Shown: piece after piece, positions 18,267-27,125 of the stretch
Position numbering within the stretch: position 1 is the stretch's first letter
How the letters are laid out: each line of letters begins with the position of its first letter
DNA from: Bacteroidota bacterium
Lineage (GTDB): Bacteria > Bacteroidota > Bacteroidia > Chitinophagales > Chitinophagaceae
DNA length: 64,000 nt
Reading direction: 5' to 3'
Assembly: GCA_023391015.1 (NCBI GenBank)
Contig: JAEWBT010000047.1
Span: forward strand, 8,119-72,118
Made by a program: the position numbers and the translations under genes
The notes under the pieces: model-generated
What the model saw: the letters and a program-made list of their open reading frames with translations, nothing else
Database searches by the model: none
What the model was told of the DNA's origin: nothing

Positions 18267-21200
18267 TTATGCTACTTCCTGCATCGCACTTTCATTCAGA
18301 CCATCCAGAATCTCAATCACTCTTTTCGCCTCGTTATCTGCAAAAACGCCGCTCAATCCTTCATGACTGAAATTGATAAACGGCGACTCAAAAAGTTGCC
18401 CTCTGTCGATCATGCCGTTCTTGCACAGCGCGTTGATGATGGTGTTGATGAAGTGAATCTGCGTGGAACTGAAACGGTCAGTTTGCAGGAATTCACCGAA
18501 AGCTTCCTTGGCTGCATTGATATCCATACCCAGTAAGCCTCGGATGAAAGCCGCTAGTGATTTCCCTTTAGTGATATCCTCCAAATTGATTGCTGCTTGC
18601 TGTTCCCCATCAAGGGTATAAAGCATCTGCGCTAAGGCCTCTAGCTCCGCGCGGGTAATGGGCTGTGCGGTGCGGATACGATGAATCGTCAGGTGGTGCT
18701 GATTCTCTCGCAGAAAGCGCTCTATGCGTTTACGGTAAGCATCCAAGGGCGAATAGCCGGTCATTATTTCGGATTCTTCCACTGCGCCTGTCAGCATATC
18801 CTCTACATTGGTATAAAGGTTGCGCTTCTGCTCGGTTTCTACATAGGCAATAAGGCCCCGAAGTACTTCCCGGAGGTTTTCTATGCGCTCCACGCTCGCT
18901 TCCTGCCAGAACTCGGGTTCTTGTGTGGCCCAGATGAGGGGCTCTTGTGCTGCCACTGCAGGAATGCGGAGTTTTTGCAACAACCCGGCCACAGCAGCCG
19001 CGATCTTTTGCTGATAGCTTGCGATGCGCGTACCGCTGCTCAACATTTCAGTCAGCAGCCGATAGCACAAGAGATCAAAGCGCCGTGCGGCTTCTTCACT
19101 GCCTTCCGCATTCCCAACCAAGGACGCCAATTTTCCCAAGTCTGCAATGGCAATGCGGGAAAGCGAATGCCAGCTTTCGGGCTGTTGGTAGATGTGCAGC
19201 TCCCGAAGCACCCGCTTCACGCGGAAGTCGTCATCGGTGAGCGCATTAACTTCTTTTTGCAGTCCGGCTATTAAGCTTTCCCCCAGCGTTTGTTCGCCTT
19301 CCGTCTTTCTACTTTTTTGCTGAAGCAGATAAACCAGTTCTAAGCGAATTAGAAAGCGCTGCTCGGTGATGGACATCGGTAATGCAGCTTCCTCTTCTTT
19401 CACCTGGGCACGGAAAAACTCAATGTTCCCGCACACGTCGAAAATGTAGAAGAATGTCTTGTCTTCGCCCGGCCCAAACACGTCGGGACACAGGCGTGTG
19501 CCGCGTCCCACCATCTGCCAGAACTTGGCTTTGCTGCGTACGGGCTTGAAGAAGACAAGGTTCAGTACTTCGGGAATATCAATGCCGGTGTCTAGCATAT
19601 CTACCGAAACGGCGATGCGGAAAAGGCCGTTGCCGGGATCACTGAAAGTGTCAATCAGGCTTTGCGCATAATCAATTTGGCTGTCAATTACCCAAAGCAT
19701 TTTCCCTCCATAATGAGGATAGCGCTTGTTGAAGCATTCTTCTATAAACAGCGCATGAGCATGGTTCTTGGCGAAAATGATCGTTTTGCCTAAGCGGTCA
19801 CCGCCGCTCACCTTTTGACCTTTCTCCATCAGCAAGTCCAGTACTTTGTTTATGGTATCCACATTGAACAGCCAGCTATTGACGGCACCGCTGCTTACGT
19901 CTTCCGGGCCTTCGCCATAGGTAGACATAAAGTCTTCTTCATAACGCGCTTTATCTTCTTCGCTCAGCTCATCATACTTCACGCCCTGCCGGGGGAATTT
20001 CAGCGGAATAGGCAGTGCTTTTGGCGGAACGAGGTAGCGGTCCTGCACAGCTTGTTCCAACTCGTAAGCATAGGTAGGGTTGTGGACTTCCAACCCGAAA
20101 AGCTCGTACGTATCCTTATCGCCGTCGGCTTTAGGCGTAGCGGTAAGGCCGATAAACAGGGCGTCAAAATAGTCGAACAGCGCGCGGTATTTCTGATAGA
20201 CACTGCGGTGCGCTTCGTCAATGATAATCACATCAAAATGGCCCACACCGTAGAAGCGCCGTCCTTCAGGACGTACGCGGTCTATGCGGTTCATCATAGT
20301 GGGGTAGGTGCTGAACACAATCCGGCTGCTGCCGTCGTCTTCCTCCTTGGTAAGGTCTATCGCGGGGAAATTAGAAAGGTGCTGATTGAAAGCGTCTTTC
20401 GCCTGCTTTACCAAGGCGTTGCGATCGGCCAGAAACAGAATACGCTTGGCCCAGCCTGCCTTAGTAAGAAGTTCTACCAGCGCCGCTGCCGTGCGTGTTT
20501 TGCCGCTGCCCGTAGCCATCACCAACAAGGCACCACGGTTGCGCGCCTCCAGTCTTTCGGCGACGCTTTGGATGGCTGCTTTCTGATAGTAACGCTCTAC
20601 AATGGCGGTATTTATCGGTGCACTCATGAGGCTTTGCCGCAGGCTTCGCCGGTTTACCAGCCGCTCCAGTTCGTCCTTGCTGTAGATGCCCAGCACCTGC
20701 CGGGGCGGATAGCCGGAAGCATCATCCCACAGCATTGTTTCAAAACCGTTGGTGTAAAAAATAACCGGACGGCGGCCATGCATCTTCTCCAGGCAATCGG
20801 CGTAAAGCTCCGCCTGCCGTTTCCCTTTCTCCACATCTGCGGTGGTCTTTTTGGCCTCTACCACAGCCAGCGGCACATGGTCGTCGCCCCAGAGCACATA
20901 GTCGGCTTTGCCGTTGCCGCTATTTCTAGGCATGCCCACCACCGGATATTCGCACACATTGGGCGCGCTCACATCCCAGCCTGCTTCTTTGAGCATTACG
21001 TCAATATAGAGGCGGCGGGTTTCAGCTTCGGAGAGCGATGCGCTGAAGGCCGGAGCCGTGTTGCGGTTGCGTTGCTTGGCGGCCTGCACTGCTTCTAATC
21101 GGGCTTCCAGTGCCGCGCGTGCCGCTTCATTTTGTTGTAGCGCCTTATTAGCTCTTTCCAACTGTTGCCGCGTGTCTTCATACTGAGCTCGCAGCGCTTC

Positions 21201-21656
21201 CAATTCCTTGCGGCTGCGCTTCACGGGGTCGCCGGTAGGCAACAGGCTTTCATCAAAAGCACCCGTGGGCGTATGGCTCCGGCTGTAGAGGCGTACTACC
21301 CACTGCGACAGGTCAAAAAGGATGCGCAACGCCGCCAGAGATTCCTGCTGGGTAACGGGCGTGCTGCTATGCGCCGCGAGATTGCCGGTTCTACGCAGCA
21401 GGTGCAGGTTGCGCAGCAGGGTAGGCGGCAGAATTTCCGTAAAGCTTTTTTCATACATCAGCGAAGCGAGGCCTGTGTCGGCAGGTAGCGTCAGGTCGCT
21501 GTCATTGTCATATAACCAACTCACCCAAGCTTCCAGGTTTTTGCGGCTCAGAATGGCACTGTACACCGGGTCGGTAAACACATATTGCTCGGCCTTGCAG
21601 GCATCAGGGGCCAGCGCGGCAAATTCCGATTGTAAAAAGTTGAAGTTGGAAGCCAT
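18267..21656 (-). CDS. hsdR: type I restriction enzyme R subunit with N-terminal DUF4145/HEPN-like domain
   Basis: KADYVLWGDD...AVVEAKK (HsdR_N nuclease core), MATGSGKT, IIIDEAHRS, an EcoEI-type C-terminal region, and N-terminal LRRTGNLAAH. Confidence 0.85.
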   Translation of the reverse strand: MASNFNFLQSEFAALAPDACKAEQYVFTDPVYSAILSRKNLEAWVSWLYDNDSDLTLPADTGLASLMYEKSFTEILPPTLLRNLHLLRRTGNLAAHSSTPVTQQESLAALRILFDLSQWVVRLYSRSHTPTGAFDESLLPTGDPVKRSRKELEALRAQYEDTRQQLERANKALQQNEAARAALEARLEAVQAAKQRNRNTAPAFSASLSEAETRRLYIDVMLKEAGWDVSAPNVCEYPVVGMPRNSGNGKADYVLWGDDHVPLAVVEAKKTTADVEKGKRQAELYADCLEKMHGRRPVIFYTNGFETMLWDDASGYPPRQVLGIYSKDELERLVNRRSLRQSLMSAPINTAIVERYYQKAAIQSVAERLEARNRGALLVMATGSGKTRTAAALVELLTKAGWAKRILFLADRNALVKQAKDAFNQHLSNFPAIDLTKEEDDGSSRIVFSTYPTMMNRIDRVRPEGRRFYGVGHFDVIIIDEAHRSVYQKYRALFDYFDALFIGLTATPKADGDKDTYELFGLEVHNPTYAYELEQAVQDRYLVPPKALPIPLKFPRQGVKYDELSEEDKARYEEDFMSTYGEGPEDVSSGAVNSWLFNVDTINKVLDLLMEKGQKVSGGDRLGKTIIFAKNHAHALFIEECFNKRYPHYGGKMLWVIDSQIDYAQSLIDTFSDPGNGLFRIAVSVDMLDTGIDIPEVLNLVFFKPVRSKAKFWQMVGRGTRLCPDVFGPGEDKTFFYIFDVCGNIEFFRAQVKEEEAALPMSITEQRFLIRLELVYLLQQKSRKTEGEQTLGESLIAGLQKEVNALTDDDFRVKRVLRELHIYQQPESWHSLSRIAIADLGKLASLVGNAEGSEEAARRFDLLCYRLLTEMLSSGTRIASYQQKIAAAVAGLLQKLRIPAVAAQEPLIWATQEPEFWQEASVERIENLREVLRGLIAYVETEQKRNLYTNVEDMLTGAVEESEIMTGYSPLDAYRKRIERFLRENQHHLTIHRIRTAQPITRAELEALAQMLYTLDGEQQAAINLEDITKGKSLAAFIRGLLGMDINAAKEAFGEFLQTDRFSSTQIHFINTIINALCKNGMIDRGQLFESPFINFSHEGLSGVFADNEAKRVIEILDGLNESAMQEVA

Positions 21657-21801
21657 TGTGCAGAAGAGAGGCTAATGTAATAAGAAAACTTTCCAGAAAA
21701 AAGCTACGGGTTATTTTCTGGAGCGCGCTTTCCTACCACAAAGGAAAGAGTGTGTTGTGCAGCGGATTTGCACAACTATCTATTCCTAAATTTGGTCTTA
21801 T

Positions 21802-21852
21802 AATTTCAACAAATCGCAACAGAATCCAATTCTGTTGCGATTTGTTGAAATT
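21802..21852. terminator. perfect 24-bp inverted repeat with 3-nt loop (terminator or operator between the PIN-like gene and hsdR)
   Basis: AATTTCAACAAATCGCAACAGAAT-cca-ATTCTGTTGCGATTTGTTGAAATT. It overlaps the stop codon of the PIN-like gene and lies about 150 bp upstream of the hsdR start. Confidence 0.6.
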
Positions 21853-22396
21853 ATGGCTTCGAGGCCATGAAATCTATATTTCGGCAAGTATATCCGGCGA
21901 ACTTAGTTACCGGCAATCTTGAGCCTGCTGATAATACCGCTGTGATAAAAGCATCGCAACGGGCTTCATCAAACAAGCCAGCCGCAACTGCCTGGCATAG
22001 AAAATCCATCGTTGTCAGGTAGTCTATGTGGTGGAGCTCGCAATAGTGCTTGGTGTCTTTGAGGTTGCTGCTTGCCAGAATATTCTTTTGATAGCGCGCT
22101 ACCGCAAGACAAGCACTTTCGCCATCGCCTTTAAAAAGGTTCTTCTTAATGGAGAAATATTCCCGCTTGATTTCTTCGTTTTCTTCCGGGAAAGCCATGA
22201 GTTGAATACGCTTCTTGGAGAGCAGATGAGACAGCTTTTGCATCATGGCTATCCGTTTCCAGTTCTGCAATTCCCTGTGCACTTTATCCAGCATCCGTAT
22301 CTGGCAATCGGGAAAAATCAGGTGAAGAATCTCTTCCTCTCCCGCGCTGATAAAATGGGAGACGACATCCGCATCAATCAAGATAGTCCGCTTCAT
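21851..22396 (-). CDS. PIN-like nuclease domain protein (DUF4411-like)
   Basis: 181 aa with acidic residues in PIN-like positions (ILIDADVV, GDGESACLAVA, SSNLKD). Its start overlaps the end of the ImmA gene. Confidence 0.55.
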   Translation of the reverse strand: MKRTILIDADVVSHFISAGEEEILHLIFPDCQIRMLDKVHRELQNWKRIAMMQKLSHLLSKKRIQLMAFPEENEEIKREYFSIKKNLFKGDGESACLAVARYQKNILASSNLKDTKHYCELHHIDYLTTMDFLCQAVAAGLFDEARCDAFITAVLSAGSRLPVTKFAGYTCRNIDFMASKP

Positions 22397-23135
22397 CTGA
22401 TTGAGATTCTAAACCGGAAAAATCTACGCCCAAATCATGAAGCAGTGCGTAGTAGTGACTCTGCGAAATAACCTCCTTGTCGTACAAAGTGCGGGCGAGG
22501 CTGCCATAGCCGCCAATCACCACGTCATTGTTTCCCGGCTCATATAGGCTGGTGCTGTAACCGTGTTCCCATGCACTGCGCCGCACGTTTTGCAAAAAGA
22601 CTGCTTCATCGTCTTTGTGAATAAGTTTCCGCTCGCGTAAGCGGCGCACCAATACGCGGCGGCTACAGGAATACAATTGTTCAATGTATAGCAGTGTTCG
22701 GAGCGTAACCCGACCCGCGCGCAGATCTTCGTCGGGAACGTGCATCAACAAGCCGTCTTCCGGCAGCAGCAGATAAGACGCAAAAACATCGGCCTGATAT
22801 TCTACTGGATCGGCTTTCTTGTTAAACCGTTCTACGTAAGAAACCTGGCTGGTAAAATTGGGCTGCACATACAGATGATACAGTTCATGGCAAATCGTGA
22901 AGTGCTGCTTGCCGAGCGACTGATTGCTGTTCACGAGCATAAAACGCCAAAAATCGTCGCCGTCAGGCCTTGCTATCTTCAGCGCCATGCCTGAAAAAGC
23001 ATCCGACAGTGGCTTAAAAACCGTGAGGACACCGCGCTTCTGTAACAGGCTTTTGAGCCGGATAGGCTCGCTGTTGTTGAAGCCACATTCCAACCGAAAG
23101 TGAGCGGCTTCTTTTTTCAACAGGTCTTCATTCAT
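22374..23135 (-). CDS. ImmA/IrrE-family zinc metallopeptidase
   Basis: HFTICHELYHLY contains the HExxH motif. Its start overlaps the preceding XRE gene by 8 bp. Confidence 0.8.
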   Translation of the reverse strand: MNEDLLKKEAAHFRLECGFNNSEPIRLKSLLQKRGVLTVFKPLSDAFSGMALKIARPDGDDFWRFMLVNSNQSLGKQHFTICHELYHLYVQPNFTSQVSYVERFNKKADPVEYQADVFASYLLLPEDGLLMHVPDEDLRAGRVTLRTLLYIEQLYSCSRRVLVRRLRERKLIHKDDEAVFLQNVRRSAWEHGYSTSLYEPGNNDVVIGGYGSLARTLYDKEVISQSHYYALLHDLGVDFSGLESQSDEADYLD

Positions 23136-23481
23136 GCGGCAGCGCTTTTTTCATGTCCACGTAGTTGCGGACGATTTTCTTAAAGGCGGCAATGCTGGGA
23201 AGATCTTCCGCTTTCAAATCTTCGGCGCGAAAGGCGAAAGAAAGGTTTACGCTTTGCGCTGCTGAATCTTCTTCATAGAAGTCATATTCATGAATGCAGA
23301 ACAAAGCGGCAGCCTTACTCAGTACGGCACTAGGAACTGACCGTTTACCATTTTCGTAATAGCTGACTTCTTCGCGGTTAACGCCTAGATAATTTGCTAG
23401 TGCTTCTTGGGTGAGGCCGAACCGTTGCCGGTACTGCGCTAAATTCCGGCCAACGATGGGATTGAAGGTTGTTGTGGCCAT
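23128..23481 (-). CDS. XRE-family HTH regulator
   Basis: FGLTQEALANYLGVNREEVSYYENGKR. The ATG at 23481 is preferred over the longer ORF-track start. Confidence 0.8.
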   Translation of the reverse strand: MATTTFNPIVGRNLAQYRQRFGLTQEALANYLGVNREEVSYYENGKRSVPSAVLSKAAALFCIHEYDFYEEDSAAQSVNLSFAFRAEDLKAEDLPSIAAFKKIVRNYVDMKKALPHE

Positions 23482-23607
23482 AAAAAGGAGGGAGTGCTTT
23501 GCGGTAATGTACCGTGATGTACGGCACACTACCGTGTTACAAAATTAGACCACTTTCTGAGATTCCAAAGTTATTGTAACAGCAAACCACAATTTTTTTT
23601 ACACAAC

Positions 23608-24753
23608 CTATGGATGCGCAAACACCCGATGTAGCAGGCTTTGGAACAAGGCCTCGCTTTTGGCTGCCGCTTCTTTTACCAATGCCTTCTGCCGCTGAAT
23701 GTTTTGCGCGATTTGGGCAAATTGAGTTTGAAGGGAAAGGGGTGGGAAGGGGATTTGAAGGTTTCTAATGATGCTTTGGTTTAAATTAGCCATTGTTACA
23801 CCTTGCGCTTTCTTCTCCAATTCCCTTTTAATCTCCTTGCTCGACAGAACCAATAGTAAGTAAACAGAGTTTATGTTGTTTGGCCTAACAAACAAGGAGC
23901 CAGTTCCACACATCCAACCATTTTCGCGTTCAGTTACTAAGGCACACCTTCCCATTTCTCCTCTTCTCCCCATAATAATATCTCCTTCTAAAAGACGATA
24001 GTTATCTAAAGAGTTAGCTTTTTCAGGTGTTATGGAAAACTCCCTGTCTTCGCAAATCAATGACGCGCGAATATGCATAGGATTTATTAGAGGAATGCCA
24101 CCATCTACATAGTCTTCTGCGTGAAGTTGTGTGCCGAATGGACCAATCTGTATAGTAGAGTTCGTATCACCCAGCTTCTTTACTTCCCACCCCTTTTCAT
24201 TCTTCACCGGGTCGCCGAAAAGGTGGTGGAAATTGCTTTGCAGCAGGGCATCATACTTTGCCAATAAGGCTTTGTCTTTCTGGCGCACGGCATCCGCCGC
24301 GTCCAACAATGCCGCTATTTTTTGCTGGGCTGGAAGCGGGGGCAAGGGGATTTCTAAGTCTTTTACTACGCCTGTTGTAATAGCAGAGAAGGTTGAACCT
24401 GTGCCTTGCTGAGAAAGTTTTGGCTCTATATGCTTGAAGTAATAATAAGCGTACTTGGGATGAATTGAGCTCCCTGAACGGATAGCTGCCAAACCTCTGC
24501 CTATACAACTCTTAGTATCGCAAATGTTTGTAGGGCCAACTGGTGCCCTTACAGAGAGAAGTATATCATCTGGAAAGGCAATTTTATTAGGTGTATCGCA
24601 CCACATTCTGACCTTAGGAAAATGCACGCCAAAGTCGGCTTTCCCTTGAAAGAAAGGTAATCCATTCCCCTCATTATTATAAGTTGAAGAAGGTGGAGAC
24701 TGCCCGGCAATTACCTCACATACTTCCCCCAACCGTACTTTTTCCCACCTCAT
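23608..24753 (-). CDS. hsdS: type I R-M specificity subunit
   Basis: Two TRD halves each followed by a conserved helix (PLPPLPAQQKIAALLD and PFPPLSLQTQFAQIAQ). The ATG at 24753 overlaps the hsdM stop (ATGA). The longer ORF-track extension is an artefact inside hsdM. Confidence 0.8.
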   Translation of the reverse strand: MRWEKVRLGEVCEVIAGQSPPSSTYNNEGNGLPFFQGKADFGVHFPKVRMWCDTPNKIAFPDDILLSVRAPVGPTNICDTKSCIGRGLAAIRSGSSIHPKYAYYYFKHIEPKLSQQGTGSTFSAITTGVVKDLEIPLPPLPAQQKIAALLDAADAVRQKDKALLAKYDALLQSNFHHLFGDPVKNEKGWEVKKLGDTNSTIQIGPFGTQLHAEDYVDGGIPLINPMHIRASLICEDREFSITPEKANSLDNYRLLEGDIIMGRRGEMGRCALVTERENGWMCGTGSLFVRPNNINSVYLLLVLSSKEIKRELEKKAQGVTMANLNQSIIRNLQIPFPPLSLQTQFAQIAQNIQRQKALVKEAAAKSEALFQSLLHRVFAHP

Positions 24754-26237
24754 CCGACCAGCTCCTCCACAGCGCTTTCCTGCAACAGGTTTTCCAATTC
24801 CTGCAAGGCTTCGGCCCGCTCGGCGTCTAAAGCACGGATCTGGGCCATCAGGGTTTCGGGCGTTTCGTGGGCCACGGCTTCGTGTATCACTTCTTTGTAG
24901 CGGTTGATACTGAGGTCGTAGCCCTGCGCGCGGATGTCGGCCACCGGCACGGTAAAGCTTTTGGCCGTGCGTCCGCCGTTTTCGGGCTGGCCATTGTTCC
25001 ACTTCGCAATCACATCGGGAATGTCGTTTTGCGCTACGGGCTGCCGCTTGTCGTCGAGGCTCAAGCCGTCGGCGGTCATGTCGTAGAACCACACGTCATC
25101 TGTGCCGCCTGTGCCGGTTTTGGTAAACAAGAGGATGGCCGTGCTGACGCCCGCGTATGGCTTAAACACGCCGGAGGGCATAGAGATCACGCCCTGCAAG
25201 CGGTGGTTGTCCACCAGTTCGGTGCGGATTTGCTTATGCGCCTTGCTGGAGCCAAAGAGCACGCCGTCGGGCACAATCACCGCCGCGCGTCCGCCCACCT
25301 GCAAGCCGCGCAGAATGAGCGCCAGAAACAGCAATTCCGTTTTCTTGGAATCGGCCATGCGGAGAATGGCTTTGTCCACCGCGTCTTTATCGAGCGAGCC
25401 GGTAAAAGGCGGATTGGCCAGGATGAGCGAAGCCTTGTTGGTAAACGCCGCATTGGCCTCCGAGAGGGCGTCCACATCGCGCAGGCGCGGCTCTTCAATG
25501 CCGTGCAAAATCATGTTCATGGCCCCGATGCGAATCATTGTTGGGTCGAACTCCATGCCGAGGAACATATCGGTGGCGAAATGTTTCCGGAAATCGGCAT
25601 CGTGAAACGCGTCGGCGTGGTGCGTATGGAGGTATTCGGCAGCACCCACCAGAAAGCCGCAGCTTCCGGCACTCGGGTCGCAGACGACGTCGGTGGTCTG
25701 CGGGCGCATCAGCTCCACCATCATTTGAATGATGTGGCGCGGCGTGCGAAACTGGCCATTTTGACCGGCGGTGGCAATCTTGCTCAGCAGGTATTCATAC
25801 ACGTCGCCTTTGGTGTCGCGGTCGGCCATCTGGATGTCCGAAAGCATATCCACCACCGCTGTGAGTAGGCGCGGCGTAGGAATCATGAACACCGCGCCTT
25901 TCATAAAGCGGCCAAAAGCGCTGTCGGCGCTGCCATAGGCCTTCATAAAGTCAAAGACGCCGTTTTCTTTGGTGAAGAGGCGGAACATGCCCTCCGGGTC
26001 GAGGTCTTTGAAGGTACTCCAGCGCAGGTCTTTTTGTTCGGGCGTGAAGATGGGGTTTTCTATCGGCGTACCGAGGAGCGCCGCTTTCTTTTCTTTCGCG
26101 GTTTGCAGCTCATCGAGCCGCTTGATGAAGAGCAGGTAGGTGATTTGCTCAATAACGGTGAGCGGATTAGAAAGACCGCCCGTCCAGAAGGTATTCCAGA
26201 TGCGGTCGATGTCGGCGCGGAGGGAGGAGGGGAGCAT
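24750..26237 (-). CDS. hsdM: type I R-M N6-adenine DNA methyltransferase
   Basis: HsdM_N region, motif I VCDPSAGSCGF and motif IV ILANPPFTG. Confidence 0.9.
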   Translation of the reverse strand: MLPSSLRADIDRIWNTFWTGGLSNPLTVIEQITYLLFIKRLDELQTAKEKKAALLGTPIENPIFTPEQKDLRWSTFKDLDPEGMFRLFTKENGVFDFMKAYGSADSAFGRFMKGAVFMIPTPRLLTAVVDMLSDIQMADRDTKGDVYEYLLSKIATAGQNGQFRTPRHIIQMMVELMRPQTTDVVCDPSAGSCGFLVGAAEYLHTHHADAFHDADFRKHFATDMFLGMEFDPTMIRIGAMNMILHGIEEPRLRDVDALSEANAAFTNKASLILANPPFTGSLDKDAVDKAILRMADSKKTELLFLALILRGLQVGGRAAVIVPDGVLFGSSKAHKQIRTELVDNHRLQGVISMPSGVFKPYAGVSTAILLFTKTGTGGTDDVWFYDMTADGLSLDDKRQPVAQNDIPDVIAKWNNGQPENGGRTAKSFTVPVADIRAQGYDLSINRYKEVIHEAVAHETPETLMAQIRALDAERAEALQELENLLQESAVEELVG

Positions 26238-27125
26238 TTACTTAGTGAGCTTTGTTGACGCCCAGGCAAAGGTATCTGCGAGGCCGAGGGCGAGTCCTAT
26301 AATTGTATTGTGAGTAGGGTAGTCAGCAATTGCGTTAGCGGCTTGTGGTGTATGACTACCGTATGCACTGGCTATTTTGCGGATAGCCGTGAGATTGCTG
26401 TGAACATGAACGGGAATGTCTTTTTGGTCAGACAGATATTGAACGACATCACCCAAACGACTTGCCTGGGTTTTGATAATTCCAGGGCTGCTTCCTAAAT
26501 AACCATCATAGAGCAAATCCGCTAGATGTTCGGCGCAGCGACGAAGCGCGCTTAGAGAGGCAATCCGATCTTCAATCCTGAAAGACGTGTATTTATCGTT
26601 TTTGAAGAGATTACTGACAACTTCTAAATCGGCTTGGGCAAAGTGGGCATCTACAAAACCAAAGATTTCAGGGTGTGCAAATCTGATTTTGGCATGGTCA
26701 GAATCGTTGTAGGTGTCCCAGATGTGCTTTAGGAGACTTTGTTCATCACCTTTCTCAAAAATGGGACATTTTACAGCATTACCTCCTAACCGAAGATTTA
26801 TATCTGCGAATCCAGTATTGATGCAATGAGGGATGTGTAATTTTTGTTCGTACTCCAGTTGTTGAAGCTCCCGAAAAATACGAAATAGGTTTACCTCGTC
26901 TTCTGTCCCTTCTTGCTGTCCCTCTTGATTATAGGCGCGTGCATCGAGCACTAGAAACTGATATCTACTTGGCTTAGTTTTAAGTCGTTCTAGGAGGTCA
27001 TCCACGTTATCAACCTGTTCTGTGATAACACGACTTTTTTGAGCGAGAAGTCTAAAGCTCGCAGCATAATCAGGTTTGTCTTCGTAAAGAAGAATGCGAA
27101 TTGGTTTGGCTTGTTCTGTGCTCAT
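26238..27125 (-). CDS. receiver (REC)-like domain protein with uncharacterised ~150-aa C-terminal domain
   Basis: IRILLYEDKPD (acidic pair), FLVLDARA (candidate phospho-acceptor Asp), INTG and VKCP match CheY-like beta1/beta3/beta4/beta5 positions. Its start overlaps the kinase gene stop (ATGA), and its stop abuts the hsdM start. Confidence 0.5.
   Translation of the reverse strand: MSTEQAKPIRILLYEDKPDYAASFRLLAQKSRVITEQVDNVDDLLERLKTKPSRYQFLVLDARAYNQEGQQEGTEDEVNLFRIFRELQQLEYEQKLHIPHCINTGFADINLRLGGNAVKCPIFEKGDEQSLLKHIWDTYNDSDHAKIRFAHPEIFGFVDAHFAQADLEVVSNLFKNDKYTSFRIEDRIASLSALRRCAEHLADLLYDGYLGSSPGIIKTQASRLGDVVQYLSDQKDIPVHVHSNLTAIRKIASAYGSHTPQAANAIADYPTHNTIIGLALGLADTFAWASTKLTK

Noticed and set aside
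19815-21098. Long antisense ORFs in the ORF track, for example 19815-21098 (+, 427 aa), 24867-25868 (+, 333 aa), 38997-40037 (-, 346 aa), 47480-48061 (+), 56519-57253 (-) and 13825-14481 (-).
   Set aside because: Each lies opposite a gene with clear family motifs (hsdR, hsdM, HD-kinase, folE, helicase, DruE-like). Their translations are Arg/His/Gly/Pro-rich with no motifs. This is typical of shadow ORFs in GC-rich coding DNA.
24754-25092. 113-aa N-terminal extension of the hsdS ORF (MVLRHDRRRLEPRR...).
   Set aside because: It lies entirely inside the hsdM coding region in another frame and is Arg-rich nonsense. The ATG at 24753 gives the canonical ATGA overlap with hsdM and a normal HsdS N-terminus (MRWEKVRLGEV).
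26240-26700. HEPN-type RNase assignment for the C-terminal half of the REC-domain protein (LRRCAEH, IRKIASAYGSH).
   Set aside because: It is not listed as a feature. Only a short R-x4-H string supports it, and such strings occur by chance. I keep it as a hypothesis inside the two-component finding.
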